A program made the position numbers and the translations under genes. Positions 20,991 through 31,044 of a stretch of 64,000 bases of DNA are shown in pieces. The number at the start of each line of letters is the position of its first letter. The stretch's first letter is position 1. The DNA is taken from positions 672,001-736,000 of the forward strand of contig CAXXHG010000043.1 in assembly GCA_963666315.2 (NCBI GenBank), in the 5' to 3' direction. The notes beneath the pieces were generated by a model. It had not been told where the DNA came from. It saw only the letters and a program-made list of their open reading frames with translations, and made no database searches. The stretch comes from Candidatus Binatia bacterium. GTDB lineage: Bacteria; Desulfobacterota; Binatia; Bin18.

Positions 20991-21784
20991 TCATGGGCAC
21001 AGAAATAAGTTCGTTTCGTACTTCGTTTTTGCGGTTTTGCCAGTTAAGAGATGCAGACCTAACGACGTAGGTCCCGGGTGCATCTTTGCAAGCGTGTCTT
21101 GAAACCATTCGACTGAATGCACACTCTTATCGAGCCAGTCGACTACACGTAAGCCCGCACCTTCAATGATGTCTCGCAGATGTGTCACTGGAACGAGAGC
21201 ACTGATTGAGCGTTCTTCGGCCCACGGTACGGGATAGTGTAGCTCGCCGCCTGACCGCTGGAAAATATCGTGAAAGACCAGCCGTCCCCCGGGCTTGAGT
21301 ACACGTGCGATCTCGGCATAAAAGGCGTGCTTGTCAGCAATATTTATCTGCACATGTTCAGTCCAGACAAGGTCAAATGTTCGATCGTCAAACGGCAGTT
21401 CCAGCGCGTTGGCTTGACGGAATTCTACGGCCGACTGCAAGTCAACCAGCTTTCCGAGGGCATTCGCCGCATCAACATATTCCTGGGTGAGATCAACGCC
21501 AGTCACATGACACTGGTACTCCGTTGCCAGATATCTCGCTGAACCACCCAGCCCGCAGCCGACATCAAGCACACGCATCCCGGCCGTTAAGCTGGCGCGA
21601 CTCGCCAACTCTACCGTGGCTGCGCGACCTCGAATATGGAACTCATCCACAGGTGCGAGATCGATAGGCGTTAGTTGGCTTACATCTTTTCCCATGTCAG
21701 CCAGTGCCTTGAGGATGGAGTCCAATATCCCGCCAAGGCCATAGTGATTTTCAACAGGGTTTTTGTCTCGGCCGCACGGTCCAT
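20991..21784 (-). pseudogene. SAM-dependent methyltransferase (sarcosine/dimethylglycine N-MT-like), 5' frameshift and aberrant 3' end
   Basis: DEFHIRGR, VLDVGCGLGGSAR, RVLKPGG, YPVPWA. The RBS-linked ATG 21784 is out of frame with VENHYG; the C-terminus departs after KTKYE. Confidence 0.75.
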
Positions 21785-21960
21785 ATTTTCCTTCCTTGGC
21801 TGCCCATGAACAATGAACATTGAGCGGTTTGTTGTCTTATTTCTGTTGCTGCATCTTATTGAAAAAGCATGGCTCTAACTCAAATTGTAGTCATTTCTGA
21901 CCTCCCTGGTTCGCGTGAGCGCTTACCCTTCTCAGACCGGTCGACGCCCGGCAGTATTGG

Positions 21961-22173
21961 CTAGTGGTCAACTGCCACCCCTGATGACCCGGGCGATGTC
22001 GATATCTCGTTCCACTGCGCACTAGAGGACGGCTCTCTCATCTCCAAGATGTTACCGACGAAGGCCGACTGACAATAGCCGTGGGTGCCCGGCAAGTTGA
22101 ACTGGCAGCCTCAATTCACAGCGCAATTGCAATTATCGTAGGTATGGCTCTTGAATTCCCATTGATCGGTCAT
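21961..22173 (-). pseudogene. DUF1326-like N-terminal remnant with TGA at a Cys position
   Basis: AGGGGAG RBS; MTDQWEFKSHTYDNCNCAVN*GCQFNLPGTHGYCQSAFVGNILE; TGA at 22111-22113. Confidence 0.65.
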
Positions 22174-22431
22174 CAGTCTCCCCTTTCTGGCAGGGCAACC
22201 CGGCCACTAGAGATGTTGCACGCTCACCGCGGCGCCATGGGCTCTAGCCTGTGCTGAACCATCTCGGCCGTCAAGTGCAAAAAGTGCACTAGATTCTTCT
22301 TTGACTCTTCAGGTAGCCTGCTGGCCGCTCAGCGCTTCTTCTTTCTTGGACTCCATGAACACATCCCTCCCAGTTTAAGTTCGTTGCTTTTGATGCGTTT
22401 ACTATTGGAACCCCAAGACGAATTCGGCTTA

Positions 22432-22604
22432 GAGCCTATCAGGACAACCCCGTACGGGTTTTTCCGAAGGCAAAAATCCCCCGCCAACCCCGCGATGCGT
22501 GTCTGTCGGCTCCCTTTGACAAAGGGGGCGGCGAAGGCGTAGCCGAGCGGGGGATTTGTCCAGCCTAGCGGCGTAGCGTGCTTGAGAGTTATTCGGATAG
22601 GCTT
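22432..22604. mobile_element. MITE-like element A (TIRs, TTA flanks, REP cargo)
   Basis: TTA|GAGCCTATCAGGACAAC...GTTATTCGGATAGGCTT|TTA; internal CCCTTTGACAAAGGG palindrome. Confidence 0.7.
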
Positions 22605-22698
22605 TTAGCATGCTACGACAGAGGAGAAAGTATCGGACCAAGATAGGCTGTTGACTCCCCTGCGAACCCGTGTGAACTTCAGAAAACGCCATTCCCTT

Positions 22699-24309
22699 AT
22701 GAAGAACAACGCTGATACGTCTGTGCAGTGGACGCTTGACGACATCGCTGACTACGAATACCTGACTTTCTGTGACCAGGAGAAAGACGAAGATGTTCTG
22801 CATGAAAGAGACCGGAATATTTATCTGCGCTGGCCGCGAAAGGCGAAAGACCTAAGACTCGAAGGTTCTGGAAAACCCTCGCTTTTACATTTCTGGCTGG
22901 ACCAGCGCCGTCATGAACTGGCGAATGCGGAAAAAATTCTGCTGCCGGGTGCTTCTGTTGCAAGCGGTCTCACCTTCCTGAAAACACTCCTTATTCTCTT
23001 TGGGCTTCTTTCCGGATTTGGCCTTGTAAAAAACTTGCTCCAGTATGAAGGCAATAATCCGACGAATGTGAGCTATTACTTTCTCTTTGTCATTCTTATT
23101 CAGATTGTCTTAATTCTGCTCGCTGTCTTAGTCTCAGTGTTGAGGAAACTGGGGTCGGCTGATCATATGCGTCAGCAATTGAGTCTGGCCACCGAACTGC
23201 TCAGACCTGTTTTTACTTGGTTCGCTGAGAAAGCGTATGCGTCTCGGCTGCGACTGATTCCAGCGGACACGCGCCTGCAGATGCTGGCGTGGAGAGATAC
23301 GCTGACCGCTCGCTCCGGTCTGTATACCCAAGCCATACGCTGGCATCTGGTTGCAATTGTCCAGTGGTTCGGCATTGCCTTTAATGCGGCTGCTATTCTG
23401 ACTTTCTTTGTGATGATTGTCTTTAGTGATCGTGCCTTTGGTTGGCAGACGACTATTGAATTTGCGAGTGATACGCGTGTGTATCAGCTGTGTCGAACAT
23501 TAGCCTTGCCTTGGAGCGGGTTTCTCGGCGAAGGCCTAGGCTTCCCCGATCCGCAGCAGATCGCGGTTAGCCGTATCATCTTGCATCAACCTATTACAGA
23601 CCTGTCTGCCGGAGCGCTGCATGCCTGGTGGCCGTTTCTTATGATGGCCACAGTCGTATATGGATTGCTCCCCAGAGTGCTGCTCGCCGTGTGGATACAC
23701 ACAAAAGTGAGAACTGTCTCCCGTACACTTATTTTCAATGAGTATGAAAGTGATAAGCTCTGCCGTCGGCTTATTACGCCGGTATTTATGGAGACTCCTC
23801 AGGAGCAAAACGAGCAACAAGAAGAAGTCGTGCCAACTCCGGTCCAATACCAAGACGTACAAGCGGTGATCCAAAAACCGTCCAATCAGGGCCAGGGAGA
23901 AAGTCTTATTCTCCTTTCCGTTGATCTTGAGGATGAGTTGAATACCCAATCACTGAGCGAAGCATTGACGCAGCGTTTCGGCAGCGTGGTGCAGGAATGC
24001 CTCATATTTGGTCGCAGTGGCGCGGACGATCTACTGACGGAAGAGGTCATTCGCAGCAAAAAAATCGCTTACCTCTTCTTGATTGATCAGGACTGGAATA
24101 GCCCCATCCCTGAGGATCTGGACAGAATGCAAAAATTTATCTCTGCCGCTGGGGATCAATCCTTACTCGCCGTTCTTCTGACCGGTACCCCGACGGACGG
24201 TTCTCCGACTGCCGTTGACCCGGAGAATATGCAGATTTGGAAACAGCAAATTGCCACACTTCGCCAGCCTCGGATTGGGGTCCAAGCGGTCCCAGCCCTG
24301 GTTGAGTAA
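22699..24309 (+). CDS. DUF2868-family membrane protein
   Basis: Several TM segments, DRAFGWQTT, LALPWS, WWPFLMMATVVYGLLPRVLL; directly precedes the GTPase. Confidence 0.75.
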   Translation: MKNNADTSVQWTLDDIADYEYLTFCDQEKDEDVLHERDRNIYLRWPRKAKDLRLEGSGKPSLLHFWLDQRRHELANAEKILLPGASVASGLTFLKTLLILFGLLSGFGLVKNLLQYEGNNPTNVSYYFLFVILIQIVLILLAVLVSVLRKLGSADHMRQQLSLATELLRPVFTWFAEKAYASRLRLIPADTRLQMLAWRDTLTARSGLYTQAIRWHLVAIVQWFGIAFNAAAILTFFVMIVFSDRAFGWQTTIEFASDTRVYQLCRTLALPWSGFLGEGLGFPDPQQIAVSRIILHQPITDLSAGALHAWWPFLMMATVVYGLLPRVLLAVWIHTKVRTVSRTLIFNEYESDKLCRRLITPVFMETPQEQNEQQEEVVPTPVQYQDVQAVIQKPSNQGQGESLILLSVDLEDELNTQSLSEALTQRFGSVVQECLIFGRSGADDLLTEEVIRSKKIAYLFLIDQDWNSPIPEDLDRMQKFISAAGDQSLLAVLLTGTPTDGSPTAVDPENMQIWKQQIATLRQPRIGVQAVPALVE

Positions 24310-24324
24310 ACCACGTGGAAAGAC

Positions 24325-25776
24325 GTGAGTATGTCGGATCTCCCGGTTTTCGCCTTTATCGGTCATCCCAATGTTGGGAAAACGTCTGTCCTTGCAACCC
24401 TTGCCGAATGCGATAGCGCGGAAATCGATCGAACCCCAGGGACCACAAAGATCACCATTCCGTATCCGCTCAAATTTGACGAGGAAAGATATATCCAACT
24501 GGTTGATACCCCTGGATTCGAACACCATCAGTATATGCTGGAGTGGTTTGAGCAGCACTATAATCAACACGACAATCCGGCTCAGGCTTTTATTAATGAA
24601 CACCGGGAGAAGCGAAAATATCGCCAGGACTGCAAGATCATACACGTCATCGCTGAGGGCGCTATTGTTCTGTATGTGGTTGATGATTCCAACCCTGTCC
24701 GTCAGGCGGATAAAAATGAAATGCGTATTATCGGTCTGACCGGCTCTTCACGCATGGCCGTGGTCAATGCCCATAAGGAAAACAGCCTTACACGAGAGAA
24801 ATGGCGCCGAGAACTGAAGCCCAATTTCTCGATTGTCCGGGAATTTAATGCGTATAATGCCTGGCATCCTGAGCGGCAGGCTCTGCTCAGAGCCCTGCGT
24901 GAGGTTGACGACCGTTTCAGGGAGCGCATTGACTACTGCCTGACTGCACTTCAGGCTGACTGGCATAATCGGCTTACCGCTTCTGCCGAGACGATGACCG
25001 AGCTGTTGAGAGATATCCTGCAGTATCAGCTATCTGAGAGTATCTCAGGACTCTCAGCTGAGGAGATTGAGAAAAAAAGGCATCAACTCGAAGAGCAATA
25101 CAAAAAGACGGTTCGCCACCGACTCTCCGTGGCAGAGGAGAAAATCCGTAAGCTCTATAAACACACCAAGTGGCAGAAAAAGCTCGCGGAGCACCCCGTC
25201 CGCTCGACAGACCTTTTCGCCGACGAAACAGTTCGCGCACTGGGTATGACTCCTCGGCAACTGGCTGTCGCAACGGCTCTGGTCGGCGCTAGTCTCGGAG
25301 GCTCCATTGATGCTGCTGTTGGTGGTACCTCTTTTCTGATCGGCACTCTAATGGGAGGCACTGCCGGTGCCCTTGTCGGCTATTTCTCGACACCGACCCT
25401 CATGGAAGTACAGGTCCCCGGCCTTCTGTCCTGGGCGCTGCCGTCCTCAGACAAAAGAATTCAGGTTCAGGCGATTGATAACCCGAATTTCATTGCCGTC
25501 ATCCTTGACTGGATGCTCCTATACTGTCACGAAGCCATGCGCTGGTCACATGCCCGAGAACAGACTGCTGACACTGACGGCGGTGCGGCGGGTTTTATCC
25601 ATCAACTGAGCAAACACGACCTCGCCGTTTCAGCAGCGTTCATCGCGTGGGTGAAAAAGGGCAAGACGAGTAGATCCTTCCCAAACCCGATGAAGAATAT
25701 GAAAGACCTGATCGGCGATCTGCTTGAAAGGATCGCCGACGGTAAACTGCTGCCCAAAGCCAAGGCGGCGCGGTAG
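24325..25776 (+). CDS. GTPase with DUF3482-like C-terminal domain
   Basis: G1 GHPNVGKTS, G2 PGTT, G3 DTPG; Gly-rich hydrophobic GASLGGSIDAAVGGTSFLIGTLMGG; WSHA. Confidence 0.8.
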   Translation: MSMSDLPVFAFIGHPNVGKTSVLATLAECDSAEIDRTPGTTKITIPYPLKFDEERYIQLVDTPGFEHHQYMLEWFEQHYNQHDNPAQAFINEHREKRKYRQDCKIIHVIAEGAIVLYVVDDSNPVRQADKNEMRIIGLTGSSRMAVVNAHKENSLTREKWRRELKPNFSIVREFNAYNAWHPERQALLRALREVDDRFRERIDYCLTALQADWHNRLTASAETMTELLRDILQYQLSESISGLSAEEIEKKRHQLEEQYKKTVRHRLSVAEEKIRKLYKHTKWQKKLAEHPVRSTDLFADETVRALGMTPRQLAVATALVGASLGGSIDAAVGGTSFLIGTLMGGTAGALVGYFSTPTLMEVQVPGLLSWALPSSDKRIQVQAIDNPNFIAVILDWMLLYCHEAMRWSHAREQTADTDGGAAGFIHQLSKHDLAVSAAFIAWVKKGKTSRSFPNPMKNMKDLIGDLLERIADGKLLPKAKAAR

Positions 25777-25816
25777 CCGGTCAGGTGTAGGATGTTTCTG
25801 CGTATGAATCTGTACA

Positions 25817-26149
25817 ATGGAGGCGTTGTGCGTCTTTCACCTGTCTAGTCAGTCACCGAGACCAGCCGGCTCCGTTACACCTTTTGTCGAAGGTTTCGCT
25901 CAACCCAAGGGCCTTGTGTTACAGGACAAAGGCCTGCTCGTGCTCGATCACGGTACTAAAGAGCTGCATGCTGTAACGCTGGCGACGAATAAACAGCAGA
26001 TTTTGGCGAGCCAGCTTCCTGTAGGAGAACCAGATGGGTTGAGCCGCTGTCCAATGGATTTTCTAGGCGGTATTGCCACAAGTATAGACGGCACGATTTA
26101 TATTGCCGCAGACGCAGAAGGTAGTGTTCTCACGTTGCACCAGGTCTAG
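25817..26149 (+). pseudogene. C-terminal fragment of a beta-propeller (NHL/SMP-30-like) protein
   Basis: GFAQPKGLVL..GGIATSIDGTIYIAADAEGSVL; no credible 5' part. Confidence 0.45.
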
Positions 26150-26296
26150 CCGCAGAACTCAAAAGAAAACGGTTCGAGAAGGGGCCTCCGGTCCTGAGGA
26201 CGTGACGGGCTGGGTCCTTTTTCTCCGTTCTCTATCCGCTTAAGTCCGATATTTCTTGACTGGCCTGATATTGTTGCATTATTTATCTCTCTCTAT

Positions 26297-26335
26297 TTTT
26301 ACAGAAATCTTATAAAAATCTTATATTTTTCTTAT
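26297..26335. promoter_or_regulatory. 11-bp-phased TCTTAT direct-repeat array (OmpR/PhoB-family-like box)
   Basis: TTTTAC at 26297 and TCTTAT at 26308, 26319, 26330. Confidence 0.45.
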
Positions 26336-26613
26336 GATTTTAGAGCCATCCCCAGCTTATAGTTATGGCCTCTGAGAGGACAGTCCGACATCACAGTTGA
26401 AGCGGAAACTCTCTCAAGCAAGCGTTATGTGTTTCAGCATGGAAAAGGAGAGAGGGCAGGCAAAAATGGCATGCCCTTTGCTCTCCAATGTCCAACAAGT
26501 AACGGCAGACCTGCGCTGCTGGGCCAAGGTGACCTGTCGAGAGGCGGTCACTACCGTGGGGAACGCATCATATCTCGTCATTGATGCGCTCCCGATGGAA
26601 AGGGAAAGACTAC

Positions 26614-26952
26614 ATGAGAGGGCGACAAGCGAAATGGCTTAACCTGTCAAATGATGACCAGGAAGTATTGCAGCGCTTAGCATGGGACAAGAACAGTGTC
26701 CCACGCACGGCCCGTCGTGCATATGTATTGTTAGCAATGAGTGATCGGACGACGTGTGTTAAGAAGTTGGCGAAACGTGTTGAGCTGACACGAAGCGCAG
26801 TATGGCGTCTATGCCGCGGCTTTAATGACCGCGGGCTCAATGCTCTCTTTGATGCGCCACGTCCCGGCCGTCCGAAATGTGCCCCAGCCATTCTTGTCGA
26901 TGTAGAAGTTCCGGCAAGTAGCGAACAGCACGAGATGCGCAATATTTCATAA
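26614..26952 (+). mobile_element. IS630-type helix-turn-helix (transposase N-terminal part only)
   Basis: LSNDDQEVLQRL..ARRAYVLL..VWRLCRGF..GLNALFDAPRPGRP; no DDE domain follows. Confidence 0.7.
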
Positions 26953-27006
26953 TCTGGGAGGAGAATGCGGATAAACCGTTCCCGGGTGTTTGTGACAGAC
27001 TTCTTA

Positions 27007-27139
27007 GAATCACTAACAAAACTGCCCCAGCCCCGCCCCTGGATTCCCGTTTCCACGGGAATGACAGTCCTTTTTGCGTCATACCTGCGAAAGCAGGAAT
27101 CCAGGCCTACGGGACAAGGGTGAGTTTCGTTAGGTACTC
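27007..27139. mobile_element. MITE-like element B
   Basis: TTA|GAATCACTAACAAAACT...AGTTTCGTTAGGTACTC|TTA; cargo GGATTCCCGTTTCCACGGGAATGAC..GTCATACCTGCGAAAGCAGGAATCC. Confidence 0.75.
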
Positions 27140-27202
27140 TTAGCCAGATACATCTGTCAAGAGAAATTCATATTGGACCGGCGTGGGCCGCCCAATTTAA
27201 GG

Positions 27203-28570
27203 TCAGGGCGAAGCAAGTGGTCGTTGGTAGACTACCTGTCCATTCAAAATAACTGTTTGAATATGAGATGTATATTCAAACGGGTCCCCATCGAATAGCA
27301 CGAGATCTGCATCCTTTCCAGCCTCCAGTGAGCCTACGCGCGCGTCAATGCCGAGGATTTGAGCGGCATCGAGTGTAATCGCACGCAGGGCACGCTCAAA
27401 ACCCAACCCGTTGACCATGGCAATCGCGGCCTCAAAAAGAACAATGCGGGTTTTCGGTACATAACTCTCGAAACCCGACTGCAGGGCAATACGAATGCCT
27501 GCATCAGCTAAAATTGCGGCATTCTCCAAGGACGTATTCGACGTTTCCAGACTGCTGATACGCTGCATGCTGGGATGGACAATTACCGGAACACCGGCCT
27601 GCTGGATTTCCGGCACGACCAGATAACCCTCAGTCGTCGCATCAAGGAGAAGGGTGAGGTTGAACTCTTTGGCAATACGCAGTGCGGTGAGGATATCGTC
27701 CTCACGATGCACGGTAAATAATGCCGGAAGTTCGCCCCGGACGACTGCGGCTAAGGCTTCTTTTTTTAGGTCTCTGTCAGGCGCTTTATGGTCTTTATCT
27801 TCCGACGTATCATTGGCAGACGCTTCTTGCGCAGACGCTTCGTCGGCCGACGAAACATAATCTTGCCACTGCTTGGCATAGCTCTGCGCACCAAGCAGCG
27901 CTTGCCGAATCAGAGCAGCAGTACCCATGCGAGTCATAGGCGTTTGTTTACGTTCCCCATACGTTCTCTTTGGAACTTCTCCGAGGGTAAAGATCATGGC
28001 CGAGGGAAAGCGAATCGTCATCGCTTCCACGGTCGATCCATGCGTTTTGAAGATTCCGGCCTGGCCGCCTATCGGATTGCTGCGGCCCGGTCCGGCTTGG
28101 ATGACCGTGACCCCGTGCTGCAGGAGATAGGCAAGAAGAGGCTCTGAGGGATTGAAACCGTCAATTGCTCTGAGCTCGGCGTGGTTCGGCGCTGTGGTTT
28201 CGTCCTGGTCTTGATCTGCGAGTACGTTATACCATCCGGCGAGGCCAACCACAGAATGGGCATCAATAAAACCGGGTGTGATGGTGTCACTCGTCAACCG
28301 TTCATAGCCGTCTGGCACGGTAATATCAGCAGCCGACCCGATCTGCGTAATCTTGCCGTTCTCTATCAGAACCACGCCGTCCTGAATCCTTCCTGAGGAC
28401 GAGACCGTATGAAGCGTGGTCGCGGATATTGCAAGCTGCTGTGCCCAAGCGAGCGGACAGGAGAAACCGAGCAGGAAGAGGCTAACGACCGAGAAAGAGT
28501 GGATGCGCAGCGCTCCAATGCGCCCCCAGTGATGCACAGCGGACTGTTGCTTTCGTACGATTTTCTTCAT
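27203..28570 (-). CDS. exported amidohydrolase-family protein, degenerate metal ligands
   Basis: Signal peptide AWA-Q; PGFIDAHS, HREDDI, GSLEAGKDADLV. Confidence 0.85.
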   Translation of the reverse strand: MKKIVRKQQSAVHHWGRIGALRIHSFSVVSLFLLGFSCPLAWAQQLAISATTLHTVSSSGRIQDGVVLIENGKITQIGSAADITVPDGYERLTSDTITPGFIDAHSVVGLAGWYNVLADQDQDETTAPNHAELRAIDGFNPSEPLLAYLLQHGVTVIQAGPGRSNPIGGQAGIFKTHGSTVEAMTIRFPSAMIFTLGEVPKRTYGERKQTPMTRMGTAALIRQALLGAQSYAKQWQDYVSSADEASAQEASANDTSEDKDHKAPDRDLKKEALAAVVRGELPALFTVHREDDILTALRIAKEFNLTLLLDATTEGYLVVPEIQQAGVPVIVHPSMQRISSLETSNTSLENAAILADAGIRIALQSGFESYVPKTRIVLFEAAIAMVNGLGFERALRAITLDAAQILGIDARVGSLEAGKDADLVLFDGDPFEYTSHIQTVILNGQVVYQRPLASP

Positions 28571-29952
28571 TGCGTTTTCTGCCGAGCCGGATACCGATCG
28601 GCTACAGCAAAACCTCCAGTTGCATAGCGGATGTCTGATGGCCGGCTTCTATCAAAAACCTTTTCGCCTTCGATATAGGTTTCAAGGACATGGCTGTATA
28701 CGCTGAACGGCGGGCCGGACAGGACAACCAGGTCAGCATCCTTTCCGACTTCGAGAGAACCAATGCGATCTTGGAGGTCGAGCATTTCTGCCGCGTGGAT
28801 GGTTAACGCGCGCAGGGCCGCCGCCTCGCTCATGCCGGCCCTAATAGCCAGGGCGGCCATACGCAGGAAAAATCGCGAGTCAGTGATTGGGTCATCGGTG
28901 TGAAAGGCGACTTTCACCCCGGCTTTTTCAAGTACGGCTGCATTACGTAGCGTCATCTCGATGGCTTCGGGCTTGCCGCCCGGCGCGTCCAGAACAATGA
29001 CCGAGCAGGGGATATTCCGGCGGGCAATCTCATCTGCCACTTTGTAGCCTTCACTCACATGCTGCAGAACCAGTGGAAATTGGAACTCCTCAGCCAACCG
29101 AATGGCGGTCATGATGTCGTCTGCCCGGTGGGTGTGGAAATGGACTGTACGTTTGCCTTGCAGAATCTCGATAACCGGATCGAGGGCAATGTCGGGGTCA
29201 GGTGGTTTGGCCTTCTCGCCCTCTTCTTTTTTCTCTGCGTAAGCGTCCCATTTTTTCTGATGATTCTGCGCACGAATAAAGAGCTGGCGTTGCAGAGCTG
29301 CCACGGCCATACGGGTTGCAGGCGTTTGCTTACGTGAGGCATAGGCTCGTTTGGGATTCTCGCCATTGGCCATTTTCATCCCACCCTGAATCCCGTCCTT
29401 ATGGATGAGCATGTCTTCAATCGTGCGGCCACGCAGCTTCACATAGGCGGTTTGACCTCCAACCGCATTGCCACTGCCGGGCATGATATTCGCCGTAGTA
29501 ATGCCGCCCGCCTGCGCCATGCGAATGCCGGGGTCAGACGGATAAATCGCATCCAACGCCCGCACAACGCTTTGGACCGGCCCGGTTGTCTCATTTCCAT
29601 CTGCGTTAGCCGGAACGCGGGGATGCGGGTATACGCCCAGGTGGGAGTGGGTATCGACCAGACCCGGCAGGATGACTTTTCCACTGACATCACGGACAAC
29701 GGCGTCGTCGGGAACCGTTACCTCAGAAGATGGACCAACTGTAACGATCTTTCCGTCTTGAACGACGAGAATACCGTTTGGCACAATGCCGTCTGTGACG
29801 GTGTAGAGGGTTGCGCCTTTGAGAACGAGTGCGGCCACCTGCTTCTCTTCGAGCACAGGCATTTGCGGCTCTTCGGATGCAGCGATCTCAGTAACGCCCC
29901 AAGGTATGAAGAGTATGGCGAAGATAAGACAACGGGCGAGAAAGTCTTTCAC
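28567..29952 (-). CDS. exported amidohydrolase-family protein
   Basis: Signal peptide; PGLVDTHSH, KMANGENPK, HTHRADD, HTDD, GSLEVGKDAD. Confidence 0.88.
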   Translation of the reverse strand: MKDFLARCLIFAILFIPWGVTEIAASEEPQMPVLEEKQVAALVLKGATLYTVTDGIVPNGILVVQDGKIVTVGPSSEVTVPDDAVVRDVSGKVILPGLVDTHSHLGVYPHPRVPANADGNETTGPVQSVVRALDAIYPSDPGIRMAQAGGITTANIMPGSGNAVGGQTAYVKLRGRTIEDMLIHKDGIQGGMKMANGENPKRAYASRKQTPATRMAVAALQRQLFIRAQNHQKKWDAYAEKKEEGEKAKPPDPDIALDPVIEILQGKRTVHFHTHRADDIMTAIRLAEEFQFPLVLQHVSEGYKVADEIARRNIPCSVIVLDAPGGKPEAIEMTLRNAAVLEKAGVKVAFHTDDPITDSRFFLRMAALAIRAGMSEAAALRALTIHAAEMLDLQDRIGSLEVGKDADLVVLSGPPFSVYSHVLETYIEGEKVFDRSRPSDIRYATGGFAVADRYPARQKTQ

Positions 29953-30086
29953 AGTTCACTCCAGACCGTTTTCGATGTTGATGAAGTTCACCTGTTTGAC
30001 ACAGCCGAGCGCGAAGCACTATACACTGGGAGCCAGGAGGGGAGAAAGGGCGGTTCCTATTTGGACTACTGAAAAGGAGGATAATA

Positions 30087-30941
30087 ATGTCAAGTTTAGA
30101 TCATACGCATCACACGACTTTTGTGAATGACGTGCGTCTCCATTACGTCACCGCAGGACAAGGCGATCCGGTTGTTCTGCTCCACGGCTGGCCGGAGACG
30201 TGGTACCAGTGGCGCAAGATCATTCCTGCCTTAGCCGAGCGTTACACGGTCATTGCGCCCGACCTGCGCGGCTTGGGCGACTCGTCCAAGCCCAAGACCG
30301 GCTATGACAAGCGCACGCTGGCAGATGATGTGTATAAACTGGTCAGCAAGCTTGGCCATGAACGCATTTTCCTAGTCGGGCATGACTGGGGTGGGCCGAC
30401 TGCCTATGCGTATGCCTGTGCGCATCCAGACGATGTCCGGCGGCTGGTCATTCTGGATGTTCCGATTCCAGGTGCCGGTTTGGAAAAAATTCCTCAGATG
30501 TCACCCAAAGGTGGTTTGTGGCATATCTCGTTTCACAGCGTACCCGATCTACCCGAAGTCCTCGTCGCTGGACGCGAGCGTGAATATTTGTCGTGGTTCT
30601 ACCGGACGGCCTATAATCCCACGGCGATCACGGAAGAAGATATTGATGAATACGTGCGCTGCTATGCAGCTCCGGGCGGTATGCGCGCCGGGTTTGAGTA
30701 CTACCGCGCCTTCTGGGATGATGTTGCTCACAACACCGAAAACGCCAAGACCAAGCTGACCATGCCCGTCCTTGCTTTAGGCGGAAAGTACAGCTTCGGC
30801 AAACAGACCCTGCGCTCTTTGCAAACGCTGGCTGAGAATGTACGTGGCGGAGAAATTGACCAGTGCGGGCATTGGGTGGCTGAGGAGCAGCCCGAATATC
30901 TAACTAAGCAGTTGCTCACGTTCTTTGGGGAAGAGGGATAA
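30087..30941 (+). CDS. alpha/beta hydrolase (epoxide hydrolase-like)
   Basis: HGWP, GHDWGG, CGHWVAEEQP. Confidence 0.92.
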   Translation: MSSLDHTHHTTFVNDVRLHYVTAGQGDPVVLLHGWPETWYQWRKIIPALAERYTVIAPDLRGLGDSSKPKTGYDKRTLADDVYKLVSKLGHERIFLVGHDWGGPTAYAYACAHPDDVRRLVILDVPIPGAGLEKIPQMSPKGGLWHISFHSVPDLPEVLVAGREREYLSWFYRTAYNPTAITEEDIDEYVRCYAAPGGMRAGFEYYRAFWDDVAHNTENAKTKLTMPVLALGGKYSFGKQTLRSLQTLAENVRGGEIDQCGHWVAEEQPEYLTKQLLTFFGEEG

Positions 30942-31044
30942 ATAAAACAATGCCTAAAATCGAATGACTCTTCTCTTGTCAGTTGTATGCTCGTGACGTT
31001 TTCGATCATTGCTTACTATGCCGACGGGGTCGAAAGAAGCACTT

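Noticed and set aside
26165-26230. c-di-GMP-I riboswitch (GCCTCCGGTC resemblance)
   Set aside because: The first GEMM hairpin and GCAAA motifs are absent; more likely a terminator-like hairpin.
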